A stretch of 64,000 nucleotides of DNA from Sedimentisphaerales bacterium (GCA_963708075.1 OY970194.1:7424001-7488000); one strand, 5' to 3'; positions 31,576-41,250 are shown, counted from the first letter of the stretch. The notes: generated from the letters alone by a model not told the origin. A program made the numbers and translations.

Positions 31576-33141
31576 ATGGATTACCAATTGATAGGATTGG
31601 CAATTGCGATTCTGCTGCTCACGGGCGTTGGCCTCGTGCTCGCCAGGCGGTTCAGAGATCCATTGAGAGAGCGGAATGATCGCGGTCTGGCCTGCCTCAA
31701 TGACGGGCGCTACGATGAAGCCGTTGAGGAATTTACAAAAGTCACCGACCTGGACCCGATGGAACCCTGCGGCTACCACAACCGCGGCCTGGCCTACGAG
31801 CGCAAAGGGGAATACGATAAAGCAGTCGCGGATTTCTATCGCGCACTCGACATCAACCCGCGATATGCCAGTGCTTACTTCGGTCGTGGTCTCGCGTTCG
31901 GCGGGAAGCGAGACTATGATCGAGCCATAGCAGAGTACACCAAGGCTATTGAGATAGACCCTGGCCGCGCTGACGCGTACAACAACCGAGCAGTCGCCCA
32001 TGGCCTCAAGGGCGAGTACGATCTGGCAATTGCGGATTCTACGAAGGCCATTGAGATAGCTCCTGACGACGCGAAGGCATACTATGGCCGCGGATTGGCC
32101 TACAGCTTCAAGGGCGATCATGGCCGAGCGATACCAGAGTTCACCAAAGCGATTGAATTGGACCCAGAGTTCGCTAGTGCGTACAGTTGGCGAGCGTGGA
32201 GCCACTGCGAAAAAGGCAACTATGACGTAGCGATCTCGGACTGCACTAAAGCGATTGAGTTAGACCCGCATGACTCGTTCGCTTATTATCGCCGCGGCGT
32301 GGCGTACGGCCGGAGTGGCCAAGTTGACCGAGCCATTGCTGACTTCGACAGAGTGCTTGAGATGGACCCAGCCGCCGACGATGCCCTTTACAGTCGGGCC
32401 GTGATCTATCAGCACAAGGGGGACTTGGATTCTGCACTGCGTGGCTATACGGCGGTAATCAAGATACATCCCGAATCCGCCGATGCCCATTTCGGTCGCG
32501 GCAATGTCCACGGTGCCAGGGGCGAGTACGCTGAGGCGATTTCCGCCTACACGAAGGCTCTGGAGATCAATCCGCGTTATGCAGACATCTACGGGGCCCG
32601 TGGCTTCGCCTACCTTCAGCAGGGCAACTACGAGTGTGCGATTTCGGATTACTCGAAAGCCATTGAATCGAATCCGCTGGACGCCGCAAGCTGGCACAAT
32701 CGTGCCTTCGCATATGGCCAGATAGGGCGGCATGATGAATCTATTGCTGATCTCGACAGAGTGCTCGAGATCGAACCAGAAGACGTTAGTGCCCTTCAGA
32801 GTCGAGCCGTGGCCTACCAGCGCAAGGGGGACTTGGATTCTGCGCTACGTGACTTCACAGCAGCGATCAGAATACACCCCGAGCACGCCGAGGCACATTG
32901 GGGACAGGGCTGTATCTATGAGGCCAAGGGGCAATACAACGAGGCGGTTTTCGCCTATACCAAAGCGCGTGAGATCAATCCGCAGATTGCCGAGGTCTAT
33001 GGCAACCGCGCGGGAGTCTACTACGAGCTGCATGAGTACGACAAGGCCTGGGCCGATGTGCACAAGGCTGAGAGCTTGAGGTTGACGATACCCTCGAAGT
33101 TCCTCGATGAACTCCGCAAAGCATCGGGCAGGAACGAATAA
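31576..33141 (+). CDS. Membrane-anchored tetratricopeptide repeat protein (approx. 13 TPRs)
   Basis: N-terminal TM helix then 34-aa repeats 'AY..RG.AY..KG.YD.AIAD.TKAIE.DP'. Confidence 0.95.
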   Translation: MDYQLIGLAIAILLLTGVGLVLARRFRDPLRERNDRGLACLNDGRYDEAVEEFTKVTDLDPMEPCGYHNRGLAYERKGEYDKAVADFYRALDINPRYASAYFGRGLAFGGKRDYDRAIAEYTKAIEIDPGRADAYNNRAVAHGLKGEYDLAIADSTKAIEIAPDDAKAYYGRGLAYSFKGDHGRAIPEFTKAIELDPEFASAYSWRAWSHCEKGNYDVAISDCTKAIELDPHDSFAYYRRGVAYGRSGQVDRAIADFDRVLEMDPAADDALYSRAVIYQHKGDLDSALRGYTAVIKIHPESADAHFGRGNVHGARGEYAEAISAYTKALEINPRYADIYGARGFAYLQQGNYECAISDYSKAIESNPLDAASWHNRAFAYGQIGRHDESIADLDRVLEIEPEDVSALQSRAVAYQRKGDLDSALRDFTAAIRIHPEHAEAHWGQGCIYEAKGQYNEAVFAYTKAREINPQIAEVYGNRAGVYYELHEYDKAWADVHKAESLRLTIPSKFLDELRKASGRNE

Positions 33142-33295
33142 CCAGCCTGTTCCATCACAACGTACCCGTAGTCCGAAAAACTGCCTGCTGATGGAGGAGA
33201 CACCCCGCCTAAAATCTGCGCCTTCACTCCGGAATTTGGCTCCACGGGGCGGAAAATGGCGCATTGTTTAAGTGGGGAGAGGCTGGGGGTGAACG

Positions 33296-33553
33296 ATGAG
33301 CCAAATGACGAAGAGTGTGTGCGAGGGCGTGTGTGCCACCGAAGGCGAAGTACGTGTGCTATGCCCCAATGGTGATGTTTCCCGGACTCTGGCGTGGCAG
33401 TACATCCTGAACCTGGTATTGCCGGCGCTTGCCCTGGTGTCCATGGCCGTGCTGACTATCGTCATGATCGTCCTGCTTGTGACGACGGTCGCCAACGCCG
33501 GCTGGCACCTGGGTCCGTCCTATGTGAGCGTCGATCCCTGGTCAGGCTGGTAA
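33296..33553 (+). CDS. Small hypothetical membrane protein
   Basis: 85-aa ORF with one long hydrophobic segment. Confidence 0.4.
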   Translation: MSQMTKSVCEGVCATEGEVRVLCPNGDVSRTLAWQYILNLVLPALALVSMAVLTIVMIVLLVTTVANAGWHLGPSYVSVDPWSGW

Positions 33554-33620
33554 ATCCGCCGGCCACTTCAGCCTGGGTGGACTCACCTTGCGCATCATTC
33601 TCCTGGCACAGGCGGCGCTG

Positions 33621-35492
33621 CTACCGGATGACCGCCTCGGCGCCTAAGCGGGCGCACCGGCGGCGCTGGCCTTCCTTGAGCAGGCGCTTGCGGAGGCGCA
33701 AGGAGTTCGGGCAGATCTCGACCAGCTCGTCCTGCTGCACGTACTCCAGCATCCCTTCGAGGCTCATGATCCGCGCCGGGCGGATGCGGGCGGCCTCGTC
33801 CTTCGAGGACGTCCGCATGTTCGACAACTGCTTGGCCTTGGCCGCGTTGACGACGATGTCATTGTCCTTGCAGTGCTCGCCGACGATCTGCCCCTCGTAG
33901 ATCTTGTCGCCCGGCTGGACGAAGAACACGCCGCGGTCGTACAGAGCATCGAGCGCGTACGCGGTGACCGTGCCCGTCTCGCTCTGGATGAGCACACCGG
34001 CCTGCCGGTCGGGGATCGAGCCCCGCAGAGGCTCGTACTTCTCGAACGTGTGGTGCATGATCGCCCGGCCCTGCGTCGCCGTCAGCAGGCGGGCGTTGAG
34101 GCCGAAGAGTCCGCGCGACGGGATCATGAACTCCATGTGCACGTAATCGCTGGCGCTGCTCTTCGTGTCCATTTTGAGCAGCTCGCTGCGGCGGGTGCCG
34201 ATCAGGCTCATCACGGCGCTCTGGCAGTCGCCGGGGCACTCGATGACCAGCCGCTCGATGGGCTCCTGGCGGACGCCTTCCTTCTCGCGAATGATGACCT
34301 GCGGCTTGCCCACGCAGACCTCGTAACGCTCGCGGCGCATGTTTTCCAGGAGAATGCCCAGGTGCATCAGCCCCCGCCCCGAGACGATGAACTCGTCGGC
34401 CGACTGTCCCGACTCCATGCGAAGCGCCACGTTCGTCTGCAGCTCCTTTTCCAGCCGGTCGCGGATCTGCAACGACGTGACGTACTTGCCGTCCCGGCCC
34501 GCAAAGGGGCCATTGTTGACCTGGAATGTCATGCTCATCGTCGGCTCGTCGATCGCCACGATGGGCAGAGCGCTGGGCTCGTCCGGGCAGGCGATCGTGT
34601 TGCCGATGTCCACCGGATCGAGGCCGGCCACGGCGCAGATGTCGCCGGCCTGCACCTCGGCGGCGCGCTTCTTGGCGAGCCCTTCGAATTCATACAGTTG
34701 AATCACCTTCTGCTGCGTGTGATGACCCTCTCGGTCGATCACCGTCACCGGCTGGGCCTGCGTCAGCTTGCCCGCGAAGATCTTGCCGACGGCGACGCGC
34801 CCGACGTAGTCGGAGTATTCCAGGGAAGTGACGAGCATCTGCAGGGGCTTGTCCGGGTCGGCCTTCGGCGCCGGGATCGAGCGGATGATCGCCTCATAGA
34901 CCGGCTTGAGGTTCTTGTTGGGTTTCGACAGGTCCGTCGTTGCCCAGCCTTCCTTGGCGGAGGCGAAGATCACCGGGAAATCCAGAGCATCGTCGCTGGC
35001 CTCGAGCTCGACGAACAGGTCGAAGACCTCGTTGACGACGTCGTTGGGCCGGGAGTCCGGGCGGTCCACCTTGTTGACCACGAGGATCGGCTTGAGCTTG
35101 TGGTGCAGGGCCTTGCTCAGCACGAATCGCGTCTGCGGCATGGGCCCGTCGAAGGCATCGACGACGAGCAGCACGCCGTCGGTCATCTTGAGCACGCGCT
35201 CGACCTCGCCTCCGAAATCGGCGTGGCCGGGGGTATCCACGATGTTGATCTTGTACTCGCGGCCGCCCCGGGCGGTGTACTGGATCGAGCAGTTCTTGCT
35301 CAGGATCGTGATGCCTCGCTCGCGTTCGAGCGGGTTGGAATCCATGATCAGGTCATGGTGGCTGCCGGCCAGCTTGTCCAGCTCTTCCGTGCGGAACGAG
35401 CCCGACTGATATAGAAGCTGGTCCACCAGCGTCGTCTTGCCATGGTCTACATGGGCGATGATCGCTACATTGCGTACATTTTCTGCGTACAT
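33621..35492 (-). CDS. typA: Translational GTPase TypA/BipA
   Basis: '[18 protein letters not shown]', '[13 protein letters not shown]', '[14 protein letters not shown]', 'NKVD', 'YEGQIVGE', 'LRLRK'. Confidence 0.98.
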   Translation of the reverse strand: MYAENVRNVAIIAHVDHGKTTLVDQLLYQSGSFRTEELDKLAGSHHDLIMDSNPLERERGITILSKNCSIQYTARGGREYKINIVDTPGHADFGGEVERVLKMTDGVLLVVDAFDGPMPQTRFVLSKALHHKLKPILVVNKVDRPDSRPNDVVNEVFDLFVELEASDDALDFPVIFASAKEGWATTDLSKPNKNLKPVYEAIIRSIPAPKADPDKPLQMLVTSLEYSDYVGRVAVGKIFAGKLTQAQPVTVIDREGHHTQQKVIQLYEFEGLAKKRAAEVQAGDICAVAGLDPVDIGNTIACPDEPSALPIVAIDEPTMSMTFQVNNGPFAGRDGKYVTSLQIRDRLEKELQTNVALRMESGQSADEFIVSGRGLMHLGILLENMRRERYEVCVGKPQVIIREKEGVRQEPIERLVIECPGDCQSAVMSLIGTRRSELLKMDTKSSASDYVHMEFMIPSRGLFGLNARLLTATQGRAIMHHTFEKYEPLRGSIPDRQAGVLIQSETGTVTAYALDALYDRGVFFVQPGDKIYEGQIVGEHCKDNDIVVNAAKAKQLSNMRTSSKDEAARIRPARIMSLEGMLEYVQQDELVEICPNSLRLRKRLLKEGQRRRCARLGAEAVIR

Positions 35493-35676
35493 GTATCCTG
35501 TCCAAATCCAAGAGTCGTTCCGTTCCGCAGCAAAAAGCGAAACGGGGTATACTTATCGGGGGAGCCGTGAGTCCTGCAACCACGCATACGCTATACTGGA
35601 TGCGGCATTGCCGTGTTCACCTGCCTTGAGGGGCCGCGTGTCCCCAGCCGATTCTAAACCCAGTTACAAGCTCAGT

Positions 35677-35705
35677 ATTCTACCACACCCCCGCCCCGAA
35701 TGCAA
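35677..35705 (-). promoter_or_regulatory. Candidate sigma70 promoter for typA
   Basis: Minus strand TTGCAT-N17-TAGAAT with a TGn extended -10. Confidence 0.6.
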
Positions 35706-35737
35706 TGCCCATCCCGCCATTACCGGGACCGCCCCCG

Positions 35738-36332
35738 CAAATTGGCTTCGTTTTCACAATTGCCCGCGTAGCTCCCTCCTGTCCACCGCCTCCTGCTCGC
35801 TCTGCAAATTGGCTTTGTTTCGCACGGCAGCTCCTTCGCCATCGGGTAGAGTGGGCTGTGCCCACCATCCGCCCGGCAGGGCCAATTGGCTTTGTTTCGG
35901 ATCATCGCAGGATCGATCATAACTCCATTCCTGCAAAGGACTTCGCGTTGATCCCGGCCAGCCCGATTGGCTTTGTCCCGCAGAATCATCCGTACGGTCT
36001 CCTCCAGCCTGCCGCCTCTCGCCTGCCGTCCTCTCCGCTCAAATTGGCTTTGTTCTGCACGGCCACCCATGTCCGTCATTGCCGGCATCCGTCCTTCAAT
36101 CCGTACTCCGCAATCGGCAATCCGTAATCCCATGGCCCCGGCCCCGTAATTGGCTTTGTTTCGCACGGCAGGTTCTCCGATCTTGTAGGGTGGGCTCTGC
36201 CCACCGCTCGTCCGGCCGGGAAATTGGCTTTGTTTCGCGCGACAGACCCGGTTCATAGTGACGCCGTAAGGCGTTCCGTGGCGAGGCCTCCCGCCCTTGT
36301 CTTCTTCCGGAGATTGGCTTTGTTTCGCACGC
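35738..36332. repeat. Orphan repeat-spacer array: 8 copies of approx. AAATTGGCTTTGTTTCGCAC
   Basis: ATTGGCTT cores start at 35741, 35808, 35885, 35966, 36043, 36149, 36223, 36313; periods 67, 77, 81, 77, 106, 74, 90. Confidence 0.92.
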
Positions 36333-36498
36333 ACGAGGATATTTGTCATGGCAGGCGTCCGTCCTCCACTCCGCAATCCCAGGGTCCCCGCATCTCCTGG
36401 CATTTCTCGTTTCTCGCCAATGGCGTGATCGTAGGCCAAGCCGTCGCTGCCAAAGGAGTCATGCCATCCTCTCCTATTCGCTATTGAGTTGTACAAAC

Positions 36499-36527
36499 AT
36501 CCTACAAATGCAGGAGTTGTTCGTCAA
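36499..36527 (-). promoter_or_regulatory. Candidate sigma70 promoter facing into the array
   Basis: Minus strand TTGACG-N17-TAGGAT within an AT-richer leader. Confidence 0.6.
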
Positions 36528-36622
36528 GCAAAATCATGACAATAAAGCGGCTTTCTTCCGGAAGTCTCGTAAGCCGTTGTGACATAAGAGGTTACATGTA
36601 ATTCAGAGAGCCCCCCATCCAT

Positions 36623-36674
36623 GTCATTCCCGCGAAGAGCCTGCCCTGAGCGAAGTCGAATGGGCGGGAATCTA
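36623..36674. repeat. dRS3-like palindrome carrying a nested insert
   Basis: GTCATTCCCGCGAAG-[AGCCTGCCCTGAGCGAAGTCGAATGG]-GCGGGAATC. Confidence 0.65.
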
Positions 36675-36754
36675 GGTTTGGGCCCCACGAAGAGATTCGA
36701 CTATCAACCAGCAACGAACAACTGCCTACCAGATTGAACCGCGGATGAACGCCG

Positions 36755-36795
36755 ATGAACGCAGATAAACCCATGTGCAATAGGGACTTATAGCC
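36755..36795 (+). repeat. 41-bp direct repeat, left copy
   Basis: 34/41 identical to 38816-38856 by manual alignment. Confidence 0.8.
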
Positions 36796-36948
36796 GGTGG
36801 CACACCCAGGGATGCCGTGTCGCGGTCCGCACGAATGCGAGTAATGTGTTGCCCGGATTACGCCGAAATAGGGAAGGCAGCCGCGGAGTTGCCAGGGCCC
36901 GGAACAGCGAAACGGCGCGGTTCATCCGCCCATTGGAGTGCATCCAAG

Positions 36949-37291
36949 GTGATCAGGCAGGAGCTTATCGAACAGATTGACCGGCATCGCAAACGTGGGA
37001 CTCGCTGGATCGTCCTCTGGCTGGTTCTCGTTCTTCGCCCTGTTTGGTCTGGGGGCACTCGTCGCCGAGGGCATTCCGCCTGCAACGGAAACAGTCCTGG
37101 AAGCGGTGCTCATCGTCCTTATGCTGGCGGCCGTACTCGCGCTGATGTTCGGCCTGCTGAGGTCCATGCGGCGCTCGGGGCTGGCCTGTCCTCACTGTCG
37201 CGCGCTGCTCACCAATGTCCTCGCGCCGGTCGCTGTGGCCTCTGGTCGCTGCGGAAAATGCGGCAAACAGATTGTGGAGTCCGACCGGTGA
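36949..37291 (+). CDS. Small two-TM protein with C-terminal zinc ribbon (probable 1-bp frameshift near 37030)
   Basis: 'IRQELIEQIDRHRKRGTRWIVLWLVL' joins 'FFALFGLGAL..CPHC..CGKCG' if one base is removed. Confidence 0.6.
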
Positions 37292-37851
37292 GTTGTCAGA
37301 AGATAACCTGGATGCAGCCGCGCGGGCTTATCTGCCTCATGGCCAGAATGAGGGCAGGGCACGCCTGGCGCGAAGTCAAGATCTGCGTTTTCGCCGTGAC
37401 ACTCAGCTTCATGGCCATCTGGCTCATCTTCAGCCTGCTGGCAATATTCAACCATGACATAGAGACGATGGATCCCATCGAGGCTCTGGTGTTCTCCATG
37501 CTATGCGGCTTCATATTCGCTTGCCTCTACCAGTTGCATTGGCTGGAGCCCTCGCAGGTCATTCTTGACGACGCGGCCATAGTGGTTGCGGGGCGATTTC
37601 GAAGGCGGTATCGCTATGATCAGATTGCAGGAGTTCGCTTCGACACAGTGCGATGGGGGGCAAGCTCGATTCGGATAATGTTGATCGCCCGCCACAACGG
37701 CCGCGACTTCACCCTTGGCGTTCCGCATGGTCTGGACCTGTCGGAAGTGGTTGATTTCCTCAAGAGCAGGGGTGTGGAAGCGACGAATGCAACGGAGGCG
37801 GCTGACGACCTCGCCGGGACACATGCCGCACCTGGGACTGCCGCACGTTGA
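37288..37851 (+). CDS. Membrane protein, two TM helices plus PH-like C-terminal domain
   Basis: GTGA overlap with the previous gene; 'RYRYDQIAGVRF..TLGVP..EVVDFLKSRGVE'. Confidence 0.65.
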   Translation: MSCQKITWMQPRGLICLMARMRAGHAWREVKICVFAVTLSFMAIWLIFSLLAIFNHDIETMDPIEALVFSMLCGFIFACLYQLHWLEPSQVILDDAAIVVAGRFRRRYRYDQIAGVRFDTVRWGASSIRIMLIARHNGRDFTLGVPHGLDLSEVVDFLKSRGVEATNATEAADDLAGTHAAPGTAAR

Positions 37852-37862
37852 GGTTTGAGAAG

Positions 37863-38759
37863 ATGGAAAGCCAGGAGGCAAGCAGGACTGTCATCACCTA
37901 CTCCGGCGATACTCGCTGGTCGTATCTGTGGGTCTTCTCGCTCCTTCCCGTCATGGGTGTGAGCGTGTGGATAGCCGACGTGACGGAGCATGCTTCCTCC
38001 ACGATCATCCAGCTCATTCCTTTGATTGTATTCATTCTTGGGGCCGTAGCCTGGGGTGCAGCGGGGGTGGTCCTGCAGGTAAGGTCGCGGCGGTATCTCA
38101 GGGTCGTGTTCACAATTCCCTGGACTGAGCCAAAGAGCACCTGGGGCTCCCTCATGCGGCTGGAGTGCAGAAAGAAGGGCATCGCGGCGTGGCTCTGGCC
38201 GGGCCTCCGCGTGGGCCTGGTCGTCTCCGGTATCTTCACTGTGCTCTGGTTGTTGCGGTGAGTTGCCTCCTGGCTGAATCATAGCGTGCCCGTGCTTGAC
38301 CCTGCCTGGGCTTTGATCATGGTGCCGCTCTTAACCATCACCATCGCGGGCCTGCTTTACCTGCTCAGCTATGTCGATGTAGTGACGTCGCGCAGGACCA
38401 TCGGCCTGGGCCGCGAATGGATGGGATACCTTCAGGGACGCCCGGGCAGAACGCTCTGGCCCTACGAGCAGGTTGCGGGCGTACGGTTTGAGTCAGCGCC
38501 GATGCGCGAGCAGGAGTGCAGGTTCATGATCGTGACTCCGCACAAAGGCCGTGAGGTTGCCTTTGGCCTGTCGGACGAGGTGGACGTGTGCGAGGTCGCC
38601 GCCTTCCTCGCCGACAAAGGAGTAGAGGTTCTCGAAAGTCTGATCGTTGGCAGAGGCACGAAGCCTTCGGCGAACAACGAGGAACCAGCAACTGCCTTTT
38701 TTGCCACAGAGAGCTTGCCCTCGCGAAGGCGGGGGGCACCGAGGACACAGAGGAATTAG
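37863..38759 (+). pseudogene. Membrane protein paralog with an in-frame TGA at 38259-38261
   Basis: ORFs 37848-38261 and 38286-38759 share a frame and are separated by a single stop; C-terminus 'PYEQVAGVRF..AFGL..EVAAFLADKGVE' resembles 37288-37851. Confidence 0.6.
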
Positions 38760-38815
38760 CAGGATGGGCTCGTAGTCCACGCGGACTCGTTCCGGCGACG
38801 ATGTTGGAACTGCCC

Positions 38816-38856
38816 ATGAACGCTGATAAACTCTTGTGAAACAGGGATTTACAGCC
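38816..38856 (+). repeat. 41-bp direct repeat, right copy
   Basis: Matches 36755-36795. Confidence 0.8.
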
Positions 38857-40104
38857 CACATCCGACGACTGGGTATCTGCAACCGTTCGGTGCCCCCTTG
38901 CCTTCCCGCCCGGCTGGGCCTATGATAAGGGTATGGACTCGGAGACCGATGTAGTGTGTGTCACGCGGAAAAGGTTGCGGTTAATGATTTGTTTCTCGCC
39001 GTTTGCTGAATTGGATCTATCAAAAGCACCGACCATATATAGAGGAACCACTTCCGGGAAGCAGAGAGTGGTATTGTCCACCTATGGATTCCAATGAAAG
39101 GCCTATCAATGGAGCTTGAGAAAGCAATTCAGATGGCGCTCGATGGACGCGCTGTTCTCTTTGTGGGTGCAGGTTTTTCTCGGGGCGCGGTGAACCTCAA
39201 TGGACAGCCATTCAAAAGCGGGCTTGAATTGGCTGCACATTTCGCGTCTCGGGCCTCGCTCCCATCGAGCAGCGGACTGGAGGACGCGTCCGAGGCTTTT
39301 GCAGAGGAACATGGGATAGATAAGTTAATAAGTGAGATACAGATTGAGTTTGGTGCAAGAGAGGTTGCGTCGTTTCATCGGGAGATAGTTGCGATCCCGT
39401 GGAAGCGAATATACACCACGAACTACGACAACGTCGTCGAGCTCGCGTCACGTCTTCAAGGCAAGAGACTCAGCGCTGTAACGCTTGGGACTGACATATA
39501 TAAGATGCCCAAGGATCACACGATCTGTATACATCTTAATGGGTATGCCGAGACCCTGGACCGCAATAAAATATGGACTGAACTCAAGCTTACGGAGAGC
39601 AGTTATGTCACTGCATCAATTGCAGATACTCAGTGGGCAATGCTTTTCAGACAGGACTTGCGGCTGGCGAGAGCCATCTTCTTTGTGGGCTACTCAATTT
39701 CTGATCTGGACATCAAACGAATCCTTTTCGCGTCAGACATCTTAAAGGAGAAATGCTTCTTCTGTGTTGGTCCAGACCCTGATGAGATCATGTTGCGGCG
39801 CGTGGCGAAGTTTGGAACAGTGATGCGTAAATCAGCAGAGGAGTTCGCTGCGGAAATGCACACAGTTGCAGCCACATATGTGCCGGTGGTCAGCGCAGGA
39901 TCATATCCTGTATCTCTTAAGGAATATCAGATAAGGACTCCGGGAACCCCAATTAGTGATAAAGCCTTTTTGGATCTTCTTCTATTGGGCGAGCGGACAG
40001 ATGATCTAATTGCGGAATCCCTACGATCAGGAAAGAGGTACCTCCTTGAGCGAAGCGCAGTCTCCGATGTGTTCCGGCACATCGACAAAGGGAAACGCGT
40101 ACTA

Positions 40105-41250
40105 AGTAGGTAGCCAAAAGTTTTCACAGGAACGATTCTCTTCGCGTGTATGATGGGGTACATGCGAAGAACGAAGAGCGCCTCAGAACGTGGTTTCGAT
40201 CGATATGATAAACATCGTCTTACGCGGGCCTTACAGGGGGTCGCTGACATTCGCACCTACCGGCGTATCGGAGCGATCCTGTTGGTGGCCCAGGGTCGGA
40301 CGGTTCCGGAAGCAGCGCAGATCACCGGGACCCGGCCGTGGAGCGTCTATCGCTGGGTGCGGGCCTATCTGCACACCCATTGTCCAGACCGCCTGCAGGA
40401 CGCACCGCGTTCCGGACGGCCTCCGGTCGCCACGCCGATCACGGACGCCCGTCTGGTACGCGAGTTCCGCCGGGACCCGATGCGTTTGGGCTATCGCGCC
40501 ACGGGTTGGACGGTGTCCTTGCTGGCAGATCACCTCCAGCAAAGGTACGGGTGTGCAATCTCGCCTCGTACCCTGCGGCGGCGGATGCGGGACTTGGATC
40601 TGCGGTGGAAACGTCCCCGGTATGTCTATGCGACCAAGGACCCGAACCGAGCCCAGAAAAAGGGGGCCTGGTTCGCCGCCTGAAACGGATGCCGGCGCTG
40701 GCGGTGCTGTTGTTTTCGGATGCGACCATCCTCCGCTGGTTTCCGCCCTTGCGCTATGTGTGGGCGTTTCGCGGCGAACAGGCGCAGGTCAAGATCACGG
40801 GTCAAAACGACAAACGGGTTCTGTTCGGCACGATCAATCCACGAACCGGACACCGGGTGGTCCTGCGTCGGCCCCGCCAGCGGCAAGAGGACTTTCAAGC
40901 CTTCCTGCGGGAGTTGCGGCGACGGTATCCCGGACGCCCGATTTGGCTGTTGCTGGACAAGGCCTCTTTTCATCAGGCGATCAAAAGCCAACGACTGGCC
41001 ACCCACTTGGAGGTGACCCTCTTGTGGTTGCCGAAGCAGTGCCCGGAACTGAACTCTCAGGATCATCTCTGGAAGGAGTTGAAACGGTTGATTGCGGCCA
41101 ATCGCCAGTTCCAAACGATTGATGATGAGGCGGCCTACGCGGAACAGTGGCTCTTGGGACTAACTGCGACCCAGGGCCTCCGCAAAGCCGGTGTCTTGTC
41201 GGCGGATTTCTGGCTCAAGGCTTTTGTGTGAAGACTTTTGGCTACCTACT
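40105..41250 (+). mobile_element. IS630-family element, copy 2 (1146 bp)
   Basis: Same inverted repeats; TA duplicated at 40103-04 and 41251-52; empty site CTAG. Confidence 0.95.
40150..41231 (+). CDS. IS630 transposase, predicted -1 frameshift at AAAAAGGGGG (40657-40666)
   Basis: orfA 40150-40683 and overlapping orfB ending 41231; same split in both copies. Confidence 0.9.

Noticed and set aside
33873..35414. Long antisense ORFs (also 9634-11124, 29028-30623, 43453-44910, 47926-49275, 55462-56694, 59777-61318, 63201-63950)
   Set aside because: Shadows of well-supported genes on the opposite strand, expected with high-GC codon usage.
35738..36332. Canonical CRISPR array
   Set aside because: Repeat only about 20 bp and degenerate, spacers about 45-85 bp and related to one another, no cas genes in the window; reported as a non-CRISPR array instead.
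35720..36496. 258-aa ORF across the array as a real repeat protein
   Set aside because: The motif is read in all three frames, and the start codon lies within a few bases of the predicted -10 box with no RBS; not excluded but unsupported.
36817..37287. N-terminal half of the 344-aa ORF 36817-37851
   Set aside because: Artefact of a frameshift in the upstream small gene; the real gene likely starts at GTG 37288.
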